Assembly (NCBI GenBank): GCA_013265495.1
Contig: MU058584.1
Coordinates: 5,400,508-5,464,507 of the forward strand
Direction: 5' to 3'
Source of the DNA: Vicugna vicugna
Taxonomy: Eukaryota
DNA: 64,000 nt
Each line of letters opens with the position of its first letter. Positions within the stretch are counted from its first letter, which is position 1. A program made the position numbers and the translations under genes. This document shows, piece by piece, positions 1-12,015 of this stretch. The notes under the pieces were generated by a model. It was not told where the DNA came from, made no database searches, and saw only the letters and a list, made by a program, of their open reading frames with translations.

Positions 1-122
1 CACGGAGAATATGATCTCTTATTTTAGGATATTAGTCACTTGGCAAATTTTTTATCTAAAGTCAAATACACTGTGTGCTTGTTCTTCAGTTTGACCTTGA
101 ACAGAAAAGCATAATTGATGCC

Positions 123-211
123 TTTTTTTTTTTTAATGGAGATACTGGGGATGGAACCCAGGACCTTGTGTGTAGTAAGCATGCGCTGTACTGCTGAGCC
201 ATACCCAATCC
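123..211 (-). mobile_element. tRNA-derived SINE, Vic-1-like (camelid)
   Basis: - strand shows A-box (tggctcagcagt), B-box (ggttccatccc) and a poly(A) tail; same element recurs at 7760, 7857 and 23803. Confidence 0.8.
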
Positions 212-811
212 TTTATGTCAAATAGTAGGATTCAACTGTTTTTCCCATTGTAAAAATGGTTATCTTTTATTTTATTGGGGACAAGCACAATCATGTGCAA
301 AGATATGTCCCTATGAAATTCTTTGCGCTTCTAAAATAGAGCCCCTGAACCAAGTAATTCTCTCTCTGTGCACCTGAAGGGAAAAAAGTCTGATGATAAA
401 GGGTAATTCTGCAGACGGAGAAGGGCCTTCAGCCAGGGCACGTGGCATTTAGCTTAGACAGGAGGGAAGATTTCCGCCCGCTGAGGGTTGTCGAATATCT
501 AGGCAGGCTCGCTCTAGAGAAGTTCCGCTGGCTCATCTTTCCGAGGCTTTTCAAAGGAAGCAGCCCCTCAAGGGGGTTGGGGAGGTTGTAGATGTGACCC
601 TGCCCAGAGGCAGGGAGGGTGGCTTCAGCAGCGGATCCCAGGTCCCCTGGGGCAGAGGTGAGGCACAGGTTTCCAGAAAGCACAGCACACCTTTTTTCCT
701 GTGCCCTCCCTGCCATTTGTTAGGTAAATTGATACTGGCCCTGCAGAGGTAAAATAAAAACTGGAAACAACAACCAAAACTCATAGATATCTTAGTGGCA
801 CTTAAAGGGGG

Positions 812-815
<4 letters not shown>

Positions 816-842
<27 letters not shown>
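816..842. repeat. (TG)n microsatellite, ~13 units
   Basis: Direct reading. Confidence 0.95.
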
Positions 843-3800
843 AGGGATGTGTACATATATGTATGTGTCTAAATGTACATAGAGACAAATAGGTTGAGAA
901 ATCACAAACTTGCTACATTATAAACCTAATTGAAAACAAAATACTTCCTTCCTAGTGAAGAGCCTTTCTTTTTCCCTTCTCTTTCTCTTGTCACTGCCCC
1001 TGTCTGCCCTAAGCACCTACTAAAGCCAGAGATTGTTTTCCTTATTTGTTTCTCAAGAGATAGGGAACCAAGCAGAGGCCAGTGTAATTCTAAAAAGCAA
1101 GTGCAAAACCAAAAGGATTTAAAATAAAAAAAATTTTTTTAACTTCAAATCTTATGTAAAGTTGACAGACTCATTAAAAACCAGTAGTAAAATTTCACAT
1201 ATCTAAATTCTGATTTCAACCCTTTCAGGTGGCTTTATTAAATAATAATCAATATGTACTTTAAGGTAAATGATCAGATCAGGGCAGAGCTGGGCAGAGC
1301 TCAGCGTGGTTCCTGTCAGCTCAAGTTCAGAAGACTTTGGAGAGGCAAAAGGTTAGATCTGTTTCCTGGAATATAATTTGAAACCACAAGCCAGTGATTG
1401 GGTGTTCTGCTATCTTTGGCCTCTGGGAGTTACTGCAAACAAAGCTCATCCTTGTCCAGGGCTCCAATGTACAACCCGAAGGAGTGGGCAGTATGTGGAG
1501 AGGGCAGCTGAAAGCATTTGATCCAGTGTGAACACCAAGGTGAGATTTGTATCATCTTTGGAGAGAGTCAGAGCTGAGGAATTTGTCTGTGGTCTCAAGA
1601 TAATAAAGAAGTTGCCAAATCCAATCCTATTCCTTTCTATCCCTTCTTTCCATTAGTCTGATAATGTAAAGTAAAGGGTTTAAAGGATTTAGATATCAGG
1701 TCAAGGGTCCTCATTGCCTCTTGTAAAGATCTAATTGCTTTAGAGAAATCACTTTGGAGAAGAGGAATTTTCCTAATGGTTTAGAGAAGATCTCATCAGA
1801 GGATGCTCCTAATTAATTAAGATTATCCATAACAGAACAGTCCAGGGCACTGATCTCTGAGAGCTTTCAGGAAGAGAAATTCTCAGGCCGGCAGGCAGGC
1901 TCCAGATGAAGAAGAGAGAGGAGGCAGATGTAGTGGGTGAGGGAGCGCGGGACCTTCCAGAGATGTGGGGAAGGAGAACGAAAGTGTGTACCAGGGAGGC
2001 TGGCTACACGTGATGCAGGGCTGGGGGCAGGAGGAGGGGAGGCGCTCTGGATGTTTGTGCATATACCTGTGTGCTCCGTAGGGGAGGGTTTGGAGAGAGG
2101 AGCTGAATGTGTGACCTCAACCCAAACCATTTATGCTTTTCTGGAAGCAACCTTTAGATGAGAAGTTGAGTATCTTAAAAGGACAGTCTCTGAGGCTTAT
2201 ATTAGTTACACCTTCTAGGACCCTTCAGAGAGACCCCAGAGGGAAACTTTAGCCTAGGGAAGAGAGAGATGTGGCTGAGCCTCCTGGGTTGAGCTGTGAT
2301 GCCTGGGTTACCTCCTCCAAGACTGTGTATCACTTAAAATGGAAAGGACGGGGCACACATTTTGGCCCAAGGTCTAACCCAGCTGGGCAACTCACAGGAG
2401 GTATAAGACCCAGTGCTTAACTGTCCATTCAGCTCTTCGCATGCTCAGTTCCACCAGTTCCTGATGCTTCTCAGTACAGGACACAGGCAAGATTCTCCAA
2501 GCGTGTTCGCTCTCCATTTCACTCACATGGTAACATACAGACTCAGCAGGGCTTAGATCATGAGCCGTACTTCCGGAAGGCCATTGGGCTGGACATTGGT
2601 GGACACAAGACCAATTGTCTATAACTCTTTTCTGGGCCAGTGGTGCCACTGTGCGTGTAATAACAATATGTATATTGCCATTAATCAGATCTTAGATGAT
2701 CAAAACAGAGGTGCTAAAGAGGATCACTGGTGCAAGCCTCTGGGTAAGCATGAATTTAGTTTTGACCGTAGCTCTTAGGCTCCCGAGGAGTTCACTCTCT
2801 AGCAGTACCTTTTGTTAGTAAAGAGCCCCGAGCACTGAGTGAGAGGAGCTAGTGCTTTTGGGTTTCCCACGTGTCACCCGGTCTCTTTAATAATGGCGAC
2901 CCTGCACTTGGCATTGGGAGGGAATGAAAAGCACTCTGCAGAATCCCTCTCTTCCTGTCTTCACTCTCCTTTTTCTCTGGGAACTCTGAGATACACATCA
3001 CTCATTCTCACACACACATCCAGGAGGTGGAACCTGAGCAGCCACTGGAAGAGAGGATGCAGAAGCAGCCAGAAAGTGAGAGGCAGACGGGCTGAAGCCA
3101 GGCCCGAGGGGACATCGGCCTGTGTGACCCTCACCTTGCAGTTTAGGTCCTATCATGTCTACTCTCAATAGGGTTGCTTTCCTCTTTTTAATGTGTTGGG
3201 TGAGATCCTCTGAACCTCACACCGGGCTCATTGACGTTTGGTTAGTGTGTTGCTTTTTGCCATGTCACCTGCTCTGCAGATGGATCATGACTGACAAGAT
3301 TGTTAACTTGTCACGCTGATATCCCCGTGGTCAGCTGGCCAATTCTTCCCCCACCTTCCGCCTTCCTAAAGATGAGGCGAGACCCCTCCTTGGTTTCTGA
3401 CTTCATCTTCCCCCTTCATCTGTCCACCACTCTCCTGCCTTCTCTTTTCCAAGCCTGGAAGCCCTTAGATCTTCCCTTAGTCCATTTCTGTGCCCCCCAC
3501 CAATAGTACCCCAGCACCCAGAGTACCTGAAATAGGTTCCGAGCAGACCTCCTGCCTGACAAATTCAAAGGCATTTGCCTGAGTTCTCTGGCTGCCCCGT
3601 GTGCTTGCTCTCCCAGCGGCCACTGTTCCTGGAGGCTCCATTCTCTCCTGACTCCAGGATTATTCTAGGAGAACATCCCATGGTGCTGGGTTCTGTCACA
3701 CCTCCTGCTGTGGGCCTGCCTCTGTACTTAGCCCAGGGCCAGACAGGTCACCTTGACTTAAATGTCCTGTTTACAACTCAAACCAGGGCAAAGACCCCCA

Positions 3801-4552
3801 CCGCCCCAGGCATTCTGCATTTCAGTGGCGGGAGGGGAGCCCTGTTGACCGTTCTTCTTCCAGCACGAAATCCCAGTGGACACGTCTCACCTCTGTTTAT
3901 TTCGCTTTATTTGTTTGAGTGTATCTGTCATCTTTATTATGCGGCCTCTTTGTACCATAAGTGGTCACAATGCCAGTTTTCTGACTTAATATTTTTCAGC
4001 TTCTGTTTAAAGTGCGTAAGTCATACACTTTTGTATGGCTGTGAGCATCTTAAAGGAATGTTTTAATTGCAGTAACCTTGGTTTCTTTTTAACTGAAGAT
4101 TTTTTTTTTCAGCCACTTCCCCTTTGACTCATTTGCATCTCTGATGACAGCATTTCCACCTGAATTTCTCCGATTCTGCGTCATCCTTTTTCTTAATGTC
4201 ACTTGTAGTTTGTCTTGGTCCCCCTGTGCCTGGCTCCAGACCCTTGCGTTCCTCATCTTCATCTCCTTGCTTTCCATCCCTCTAGGGAACTGCAGGCATG
4301 GAAGAACGTGCCCATTCAGCCCCCTGAGCTGGGCTCCCCTCGTTATTTCACTGCTTTTGAAGCTTAAAGCCACCCTTAATGATGAGAAAGAGTAACGGCC
4401 ATTGAGCCCCGCCCCTGTGAAGCCTGTTCTCAAGCCTCACAAAGGTTGTTGCCAAAGTATGACTACCTTTGAGTCATCACTTCCACTTTAATGAGGTCAC
4501 TGACTTCAGACCTGCATCACGATTGCTACGCTCGGGTTCTAATTCTCGAAAG

Positions 4553-4780
4553 CAGCGGTTCTCCAACCAAGGGTGCTTAAGGATCTTTTCAGGCTTGTGA
4601 AGCAGATTCTCAAGTCCCACCCTTAGAGATGGTGATTGGGCAGGTCCCAATGAAGCCCGGGAGGCTGCACGTGTATTTTACTTTGTTTATGCTTGCACAT
4701 ATCTATCATCTTTATTATGTGTTTAACAAGCCCCAAGGTGAGAGTGATGTCGGTACCCTGAAGGTACCTTCTGTGCCCAA
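4553..4780. mobile_element. MER5-like hAT-Charlie relic
   Basis: cagcggttctccaa end; gcagattctcaagtcccacc and tttaacaagccccaaggtga motifs. Confidence 0.55.
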
Positions 4781-4815
4781 GTCAAAGAGGGCGGGTCTGG
4801 GAGTGGGGGTTCCGA

Positions 4816-4996
4816 TAGGGTTGCCAGATTAGCAAACAAAAATACAGGATGCCCAGTTAAATTTGAACTTCAGATACACCGTGAATAATTTTTTTATGTA
4901 TTTATGTCCCAGATATTACAGGGTAACCAAAATTATTCATGGTATATCTGGAATTCAGATTTAAGCAAGCGTCTTGCATTTTATCTGGCAGCCCTA
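4816..4996. mobile_element. MER53-like palindromic MITE
   Basis: Terminal inverted repeats tagggttgccagat ... atctggcagcccta, with internal inverted arms (aatacaggatgcccagttaaatttgaa / ttcagatttaagcaagcgtcttgcatt). Confidence 0.85.
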
Positions 4997-5444
4997 GAAT
5001 AGAATGCCATGTGATTGACTCTCCACCCATCGCCCCGGGGTAGTGCTTGCTGTTCGAGTATCTGTTTAGGAAGTCTTGTGAATGGCAGAGGCTTTTGGAA
5101 GTTACAAGATCTAAAAAGTCAGTTAAATCCAAGGTACATATATTTTGAATTTTACCCTGGCTGGCACGTGACTTGCTCAGAATAACCACTTCATTTCGGA
5201 ATGGAAAGCAGGAGTGGTAACTGCACCTAAATCCTGTATTCCTCCAGTTTAGGTCCCAAGATCCAAAGGAAGGTCTCTACTGAGTAGTCTTGAGCCCGAG
5301 AGTGTGTAGTGGTCATAAGTTAAGTGATTAAAGGAGTATGGAAGAGGACCTCTGTGTTCGGTCTTAAGTGGCAGTTAGGGAAGGGCAGGCCACCTGCACG
5401 AGATGCTGGCTAACAACGCACTGTTTTTGGACTTGGGCACAAGG

Positions 5445-5660
5445 GAGGGCTAGTACGGTAACAGGCTTCGGAGTACAGCACGCTGGGGTTGGCATTCTGG
5501 CTCCACTGCTTCCCTGTGACCTTGGGCCAGGTGCTTAACCTTTCTGTCCGAGAAGTGTTTTCATTCATAAAACAGAGATAATGCTGATCATGAAATGTTG
5601 CTGGGGAAATTGCATGCTATTATGATATTAAGACAGAGTCACTGGCACATAGGTACTTAA
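5445..5660 (+). mobile_element. MIR SINE
   Basis: Core ctgtgaccttgggccaggtgcttaacctttctg and 3' ctggcacataggtact. Confidence 0.7.
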
Positions 5661-5842
5661 CCTCAGTGCCAGAGAAGGGATGTCATAAGAGCGATAAGCA
5701 CTTAACCCATTCTTTTTAGCCAGCTGCCGATTAGCAAAATCTGTTTTCTACGTGGAGAATCTGCTTTTGAGGTGTCTTGGTTGACTGCCTTCCCACTAAT
5801 GATTTTTTTTTTTGTGTTTTTCTCACTTTCTTCCTGGTCTAG

Positions 5843-5998
5843 GATTAACGCAGATTCCTCAGATCCAAAAGACTGAAATTGCCTTTCGTCCTAATGATCC
5901 CAAGAGCTATGAGGCATACGTGCTGAACATAGTTAGGTTCCTGGAGAAGTACAAAGATTCAGCCCAGAAGGATGATATGATTTTTGAAGACTGTGGCA
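5843..5998 (+). CDS. ATP1B1: Na+/K+-ATPase subunit beta-1, exon 3 (156 bp; ~G76-G127)
   Basis: Translates (G)[51 protein letters not shown](S). Pyrimidine tract plus AG at 5841-5842; donor GTAAGT at 5999. Confidence 0.98.
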
Positions 5999-6245
5999 GT
6001 AAGTAGACATACTTTGGGTGTCTGTGGTTAATTCTTATTTCCTGTCTTTATTTGTTATTTAATGATCGAAAGTTGCTCCTGGAATAATTAAAAGATTGAA
6101 CTCTGGCCATATTAAGAGGATACTTTTTTTTTTTTTGAAGCAGGAAGACTTTATGGGTTAGGCTTGGATACAATGAAACAAACAATGTAGCCTCAAGTAC
6201 TACTATTATCTGCATTTGAAAGGTCTTATTTTTTGAAGACTTCCG

Positions 6246-6660
6246 TGTTACCAAACAAAAGTTCCCGTGCACGGTGACACACAGTGAGGCCGAACAAACT
6301 GGAAGTCGGAGTTTGGAGGAGAGAAAGGAAGGTTTATTGCTGGGCCAAGCAAGGAGAATGGGTGGCTCATGCTGGGGAAAAAACTCCAGTGATTTTTGGG
6401 GAAACATTTTTATATGCAGAATTTGGGTTGAGGGCTACTGAGTGTGTGGCTTTCTTCTGATTGGCTGGTGGTGAGGTATCAGGGTGGTGTTCCAGGAATT
6501 TTGTGCTCAATCTGAAGTCACTATCCTCCACCTGGGTGGGGGCCTTTGTTCCTGCAGAAGAACTCAAAGATATTGTTATCTGTATTCTTTGAGGAGGAAC
6601 CAGGACCCTGAACCATGCTGCACAATTGTTTCTTGACTGCTCCTCCCTTGTGGAGGGTTT
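6246..6660 (-). mobile_element. ERV1-type LTR (solo or partial)
   Basis: Starts tgttac (…TAACA end on - strand); - strand AATAAA (ggtttattg) and CCAAT (ctgattgg); resembles laurasiatherian ERV1 LTRs. Confidence 0.65.
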
Positions 6661-7759
6661 CTGGTCAGGGTATATTTTAGAGACCTGGCTGGGATGGATA
6701 ATGAACTATGTCTTAGGCAGCTGAGCATTTGGGTAAGGAAATGACCCATGAATGTGAAAAACGGCTCTTAATTGCATGAAGCCGTTGACAGGAGCACACA
6801 TCCTCCCTCTTGCTACCTGGAGACTGAACTTCCCAGCCTTGTCAGACCTACCAAAACAAGAGACTGCTTGCTCCAAGTTACTGGGTGCTAACAGCTGTTC
6901 TGATTCAGTTCAACTCCAGTTCTTAAAATGGCAGCCTGTTGTGTAATGTAGGGTGAATTGCCATTTTAAGTCATTTTGAAAAGATCTAGTAATTTAAAAG
7001 AAACGTTTTCACTAAATGTTTCTCATTAGAATTTACATGAGTTTTTCATCTTACTCTGTAGCAATTAAAAGGCCCATATGACAGGCAATTAGGGTGAATT
7101 CACTTCTCAGGAGATGGACTGAAGTGAGGCACTCTACCGTTTGAAGGGAAAATCATTAACTTATGAACTTAAAAAATGTATAATTTATGGTATTTGCATC
7201 AATTTCCTGCAGGATGCTTTGTTTTAACTTTGAATCTATTTTCATTTATCTTTTCTCTGGCTTTGAAATCAAAGTAGCAATAAAATTTCTCAGCTTGAAC
7301 AAATGCTTCTAAAACTCACAGTGTTGAAAGGCAAAAACTGAAATAAAAATTTTTTCTGAAACCTTGAATGGTGGTTGAATAGAAAAAAAAAATTCTTCTT
7401 CCCATTTTACTGTTGAACATGTTCATTAGGGGCATAGCTCCAAGAAATCCTGACCGAGAAACTTCCAGTTCTGAAAATTATTGGCACTCCTTTGAATCTG
7501 TGTTCTAATTATAACGTCCCTGTTATTGAGCTGCGCTGTGTTGACCTGTGTAAATGATGCCACTCATGAAGCAAGATCCAATTTCCTTTCAGTCTTCTAA
7601 ATAGCCGAGTCATCCATTATTTAAAGGAAGGGAAGTATTGGCTCGTCAGGCACTAGGAAGCTTTGGTGTGGGGTCATGTACTAGCTTTTGGTAGAATCCT
7701 TTTTTAATGTCAGTGAAGAGATGAGAGATGACTTGCTGGAAATCCTTCCCCCCGCCCCC

Positions 7760-7830
7760 TTTTTTTAAATGTAGGTACTGGGGATTGAAGCCAGGACCTC
7801 GTTCATGCTAATCATGCGCTCTACCCACCC
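7760..7830 (-). mobile_element. Vic-1-like SINE, partial
   Basis: ggtactggggattgaagccaggacctcgttcatgcta...ctctacc; flanked by ctggaaat at 7736 and 7831 (possible TSD). Confidence 0.75.
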
Positions 7831-7856
7831 CTGGAAATATTTCTTTTAAGCTTTTT

Positions 7857-8047
7857 TTCTTTTCTTTTCTTTTGGGGGGGGGAGGAGGTAATTAGGTTTA
7901 TTTATTTATTTTTATTTTTATTTAATTTTGGGGGGGAGTGGAGGTAATTAGGTTTATTTAATTTTTTTTAGAGGAGGCACTGGGGATTGAAGCTGGGACC
8001 TCATGCATGCTAAGCAGGCACTCTACCACTGTGCTGTATCCTCCCCC
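7857..8047 (-). mobile_element. Vic-1-like SINE with duplicated tail module
   Basis: Full tRNA-like body plus two copies of ggaggtaattaggtttattta. Confidence 0.85.
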
Positions 8048-8203
8048 AAGGCCAGATATCTTCTCTTACTTCAGATGATACATTAAGGGAAGAGTTAGCC
8101 CTGTCTGAGAGTAACTGGTCATCATGACAAGGAAGAAGGGGTGCTTCTCAGTGGTGCTTGGGGACGTGTGGGTACGAGGTGAAAATGGCGTTTGCCTTTT
8201 CAG

Positions 8204-8388
8204 GTGTGCCCAGCGAGCTCAAAGAGCGAGGAGAATTTAACAACGAGCGAGGAGAGCGCAAAGTCTGCAGGTTCAAGCTTGAGTGGTTGGGCAATTGCTC
8301 TGGACTAAATGATGAAACTTACGGCTACAAAGACGGCAAACCATGCGTCATCATAAAGCTCAACCGAGTTCTGGGCTTCAAACCTAAG
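8204..8388 (+). CDS. ATP1B1: Na+/K+-ATPase subunit beta-1, exon 4 (185 bp; ~S128-K189)
   Basis: Translates [61 protein letters not shown]. Acceptor ttttcAG at 8202-8203; non-canonical donor GCAAGT at 8389; NCS sequon present. Confidence 0.97.
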
Positions 8389-10954
8389 GCAAGTCCCCTT
8401 GCAGAGCCTGGCATGTGGATGAGCCGTTCACGGTTGGACGTAGCACTTCATTGGTATGAGAAGAGAATGTAAGGGACTTTGAAAGGATACTCAGTGACAG
8501 TGTTGAAGCCACTCAGTAGAGTAACACTGCAGACTTCTGTAGCCACCTTGAAATTCTTAGAGTCAGGCTATTAATCTCATCTCCTAAAGTTAGAGAAATT
8601 CTAAGTGGCAAAGCCAAATTCTGAAGTTCTGTGACCCTGTTCTTCATACTTCTTTAACATTATTCTACAATGTAAAGTTTTTACAAGTAAAAATAGAAAA
8701 GAAGTATCTTTAAATTTAAAAGCTACCTGCATGTTACAGTCATATTCTAGTTTTGGTACGCTTAGAACCAGAGTACTAAAAAAAAAATTCTCTGGTAGTC
8801 TGAAAAAATGGTGCTTTTTTTCCTGAATGAAGTTTTCATTGTCAGATTAAAAGTTGCATACGGTCTAGGTTGAACTTTGATAACCATGCTGTTGGCTTTT
8901 GCTATTATTGCAACTTATAATGGGTAAATATTACTTGAAATCACCAAAAAATGGCAAATTGCCTTTGCTCAGCATTTGGTGAGATGATAGTAACTCTTTA
9001 AAGGAAGGAGACATGTATTGGTGTTATCTCTGCTTTTATAAAACCACTTATTTCATTCTCTCCCCCCAGATCATGAATAAATAATGCCGTCCTCTCCCCT
9101 TAAGCATGGATTCTTCCAGAAGGTTTCCGCTAATTGCTCATGTGAGCATTGCCATTAAGAGTGTAGCTTATAGTTCTGATAGGAATTGAGTGCAGGATAC
9201 ACAGTTACATGAACAAACTTCCTTCCTTTCTGGACTTTGACTCTTTTGTTCATTAATTTTTGATTATCTGCAATCAGTTTATTTCCACAATGCTTGTCAC
9301 CTGTAAATAATATTTTCAAGAGAAAAATCAGTGTAGAGATGAAAAGTTTTATTAGCGTTAACTGAAGGATGTGTTAGAACTCCTTTACTGCCACCAGAGG
9401 CAAAGATGGATGAGTGGGTGGATGGATGCTTGCCTGGCTGTCTTGATGGATCTCCTACAGAAATGAATGTACCTCTTAACAGAATTTTAATCTTCTTTCC
9501 ACTTAGGCTAGGATATAATGGAAGAAAAATGGTGAAACCATTATGTCACACTTAGAGTTGATATTCATACGGCTAGGAAACTCTTCATCAAGATAAACCA
9601 GCTATAAACCAGCGAAAGGCATTGGTGTGGTGTCTCCAAGGGAGGGCTAAGCCTGATCCTTGTTCTCTGAACCCCTCACTTTTCATTATTCCTTTTCATA
9701 GACATTGAGTAATTTTTGTCCGCCACAGAGGCAGTCCATCTAGTCTACTGTGACTCACTTTTCTTTCTATATCTATAAAGATATTCTGTTAAAGTAATGA
9801 ATTCAGCTATTCTTTCTTCTCAGTCCGTTTTTCTTTGAACTCCCCTTGGTTATCCATTGCTATATTCTGATTTGCCACCCCACCCCAAATCCCCAGCTCT
9901 TTTGTTGTCAGAATTATTTTTGTCACAGATGGTGGTACCCTAGCATCTCCCTTGATGTGCCCATTTCCTCACCCTCTGAAGACAGATTCTGGCCACTTCT
10001 TTATCAATAAGCATTTTCTCTTCATATTTTTAAAGATAAATCTATTGCTGGCAGAAAGTTTCAAGAGAGTCAAATCTAGATAATCATTTTCTTATATTCC
10101 AAAACAAGAGTACCACCAAAAATATTTGTTCTTTACTGGTACAGAGAATTGCCCATTTTATCTGACCTCGATTAGACTATGCGCGTGTTACGTCTCATGT
10201 CAGGACTCACATGCTATGCTGGAGTGAGTAAGTAAGGGGCTGTATTCCAGGAGTAGGTGTCCATCACACTTTTTTTGAGGTGGATTTGAACTAGGGCTGT
10301 AGGAAGGCAGGTTCTGGATATTTCACTACAGCAGTAATTTTCAAAGTTTACTCTGGGTCCCTTTAATGGATTCACCCCTTCACAACACCCTTTCCTTTAG
10401 GGCTAGGCCACTTTTATCTGTTTTACATACTGGTCTTTCCTAACAAAACTGGAACTTAAATGGCAGTGCCTCCACTGGAGATTAAAAAAAAAAAAAGAGT
10501 GAAAGAAAAGCTTACTTGAGGGAGAAGGATGGCATTATTTATTCATGGCTCAGGAGGAAAACCCAAATTTTATAAAAACAAATGTCAACCAGCTTTTCCA
10601 ACTAATTATTATAATCTTAGCAAAGGAGGAGCATTATTTCTGAGTTGGCTCTTATTATTCGGTGTCCTTGAATGAGGCTTGTAATGAGTCACCACTGGAA
10701 GCTCCTTTTAGTGCTAGGCTGCATCACTACTCAAGTGTAGTGGTCGTGAAACGTGGACACTTGTTTTTATTTCAAGAAAATCTCAACATGCCCTTTCGTG
10801 GATTGGTCAGGAGACTCGTGCGTTCTGCTGTCCTCAAGTGTCTTACGATTTCAGTTGACTTCTTGTGACCAGTGTGTGCTTGCTGGTGCTATAAACTAGT
10901 TTTATTTTTTTCAGAATTTACAAACTTACTGACCAACGTGGGTTTTATTTTTAG

Positions 10955-11035
10955 CCTCCCAAGAATGAGTCCTTGGACATGTACCCAGTGATGAAGTACA
11001 GCCCGTATGTTCTGCCTGTTCAGTGCACTGGCAGG
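10955..11035 (+). CDS. ATP1B1: Na+/K+-ATPase subunit beta-1, exon 5 (81 bp; P190-R216)
   Basis: Not in the ORF track; read by hand as [27 protein letters not shown]. Acceptor ttttattttTAG ends 10954; donor GTAAGG at 11036; phase 0/0 fits exons 4 and 6. Confidence 0.97.
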
Positions 11036-12015
11036 GTAAGGAGACCTTGAGCAGGCGGGTGGGGCAGGAGAGGAGGGGAGGATGAATGAGTTTAAGTCAG
11101 AGGTAAGATTTCAATGTGGGAAATAAGAAAACACTGCTCCCAGGAATCAGTCGGTTGAGTTGTAGCTCTACTGGGTACAGGAAGATGTGACAAGAATAAG
11201 ACCATTTGTTGATTTTTCCACTGGAAAAATCTGGAACTAGCTGCATTTAATCATTTGGTATATTGGTTTCTAGGACTGAAGGGTGAACTGCCTCACACAA
11301 GTGCTTCTCTGGCCCACATGGTGTGTAAAAAATTCAAAGCCAACATTTTTTCTTTTAATTGACAATTTCCCATTAAAAATTGTGGTTTTGGCTTTTCTTT
11401 AAGAAAAAAAAAGAACACTGAAAGATTACAGTAACCATCAGCCTACGTATGTTTCCTTTAAATCTAAAAACAGGTACCTGATGGTTTAGGGAGAGCAAAA
11501 TAAAAAAAGGGGAATCCCGAAATAGTCTATTTTCTGTGGGCACCAGGAAAGGAAATGGACACAAGGAAATAAAAAGGCAAAATAGTTCAATGTTTGGAGA
11601 TAGTGTCATTGAAAATATCACCCACCAGGCCGAAATGGAAGAGTTTCTGATTTTCAGTGGTGGCCCTATTTCTAGGAGGCTGTGTTGGCTTGAGGAAATG
11701 CTTAGTTGGCCTTTGCTACTGTTTCCCATTTGTACGATGAGAAGAGCCTCCTTTTATGATCGTTTCTCAAGGCGGCTGTGGATTAGAGGCGTATCCATCA
11801 TTTCTTCTCGTGTTGGATGCAGAACGCTCATCCCTCGGTGGTGAATGTGCACCTCCTTCCGAGCTGGATGTGAGCCAGGCCTGTCAGGGTGGCCCGTGTC
11901 CTCCAGCAGTGGTGTGCACACTCCGCTGTGGGGCTGCGAGTCGTATGTGTACGGGGACCCCAGTAGGGAGCCAGGATGTGAGCCGCTAAAATCTCAAATC
12001 CTCTCTGGTTTCCAG

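Noticed and set aside
123..211. tRNA gene (A/B boxes), also at 7975-8047 and 23855-23925
   Set aside because: Poly(A) tails, divergence between copies and no full cloverleaf indicate tRNA-derived SINEs.
3575..4066. 163-aa ORF in intron 2
   Set aside because: Non-ATG start, no recognisable domain, partly overlaps L2-like sequence; likely chance.
8389..8472. In-frame read-through past the GC donor (ASPLAEPG...KRM*)
   Set aside because: Intron retention would give a premature stop and lose essential cysteines; no positive evidence.
11845..12015. In-frame ATG-initiated 57-aa extension upstream of exon 6 (ORF 11845-12279)
   Set aside because: Intronic sequence upstream of a good acceptor; no signal peptide or promoter evidence; expected by chance in a GC-rich flank.
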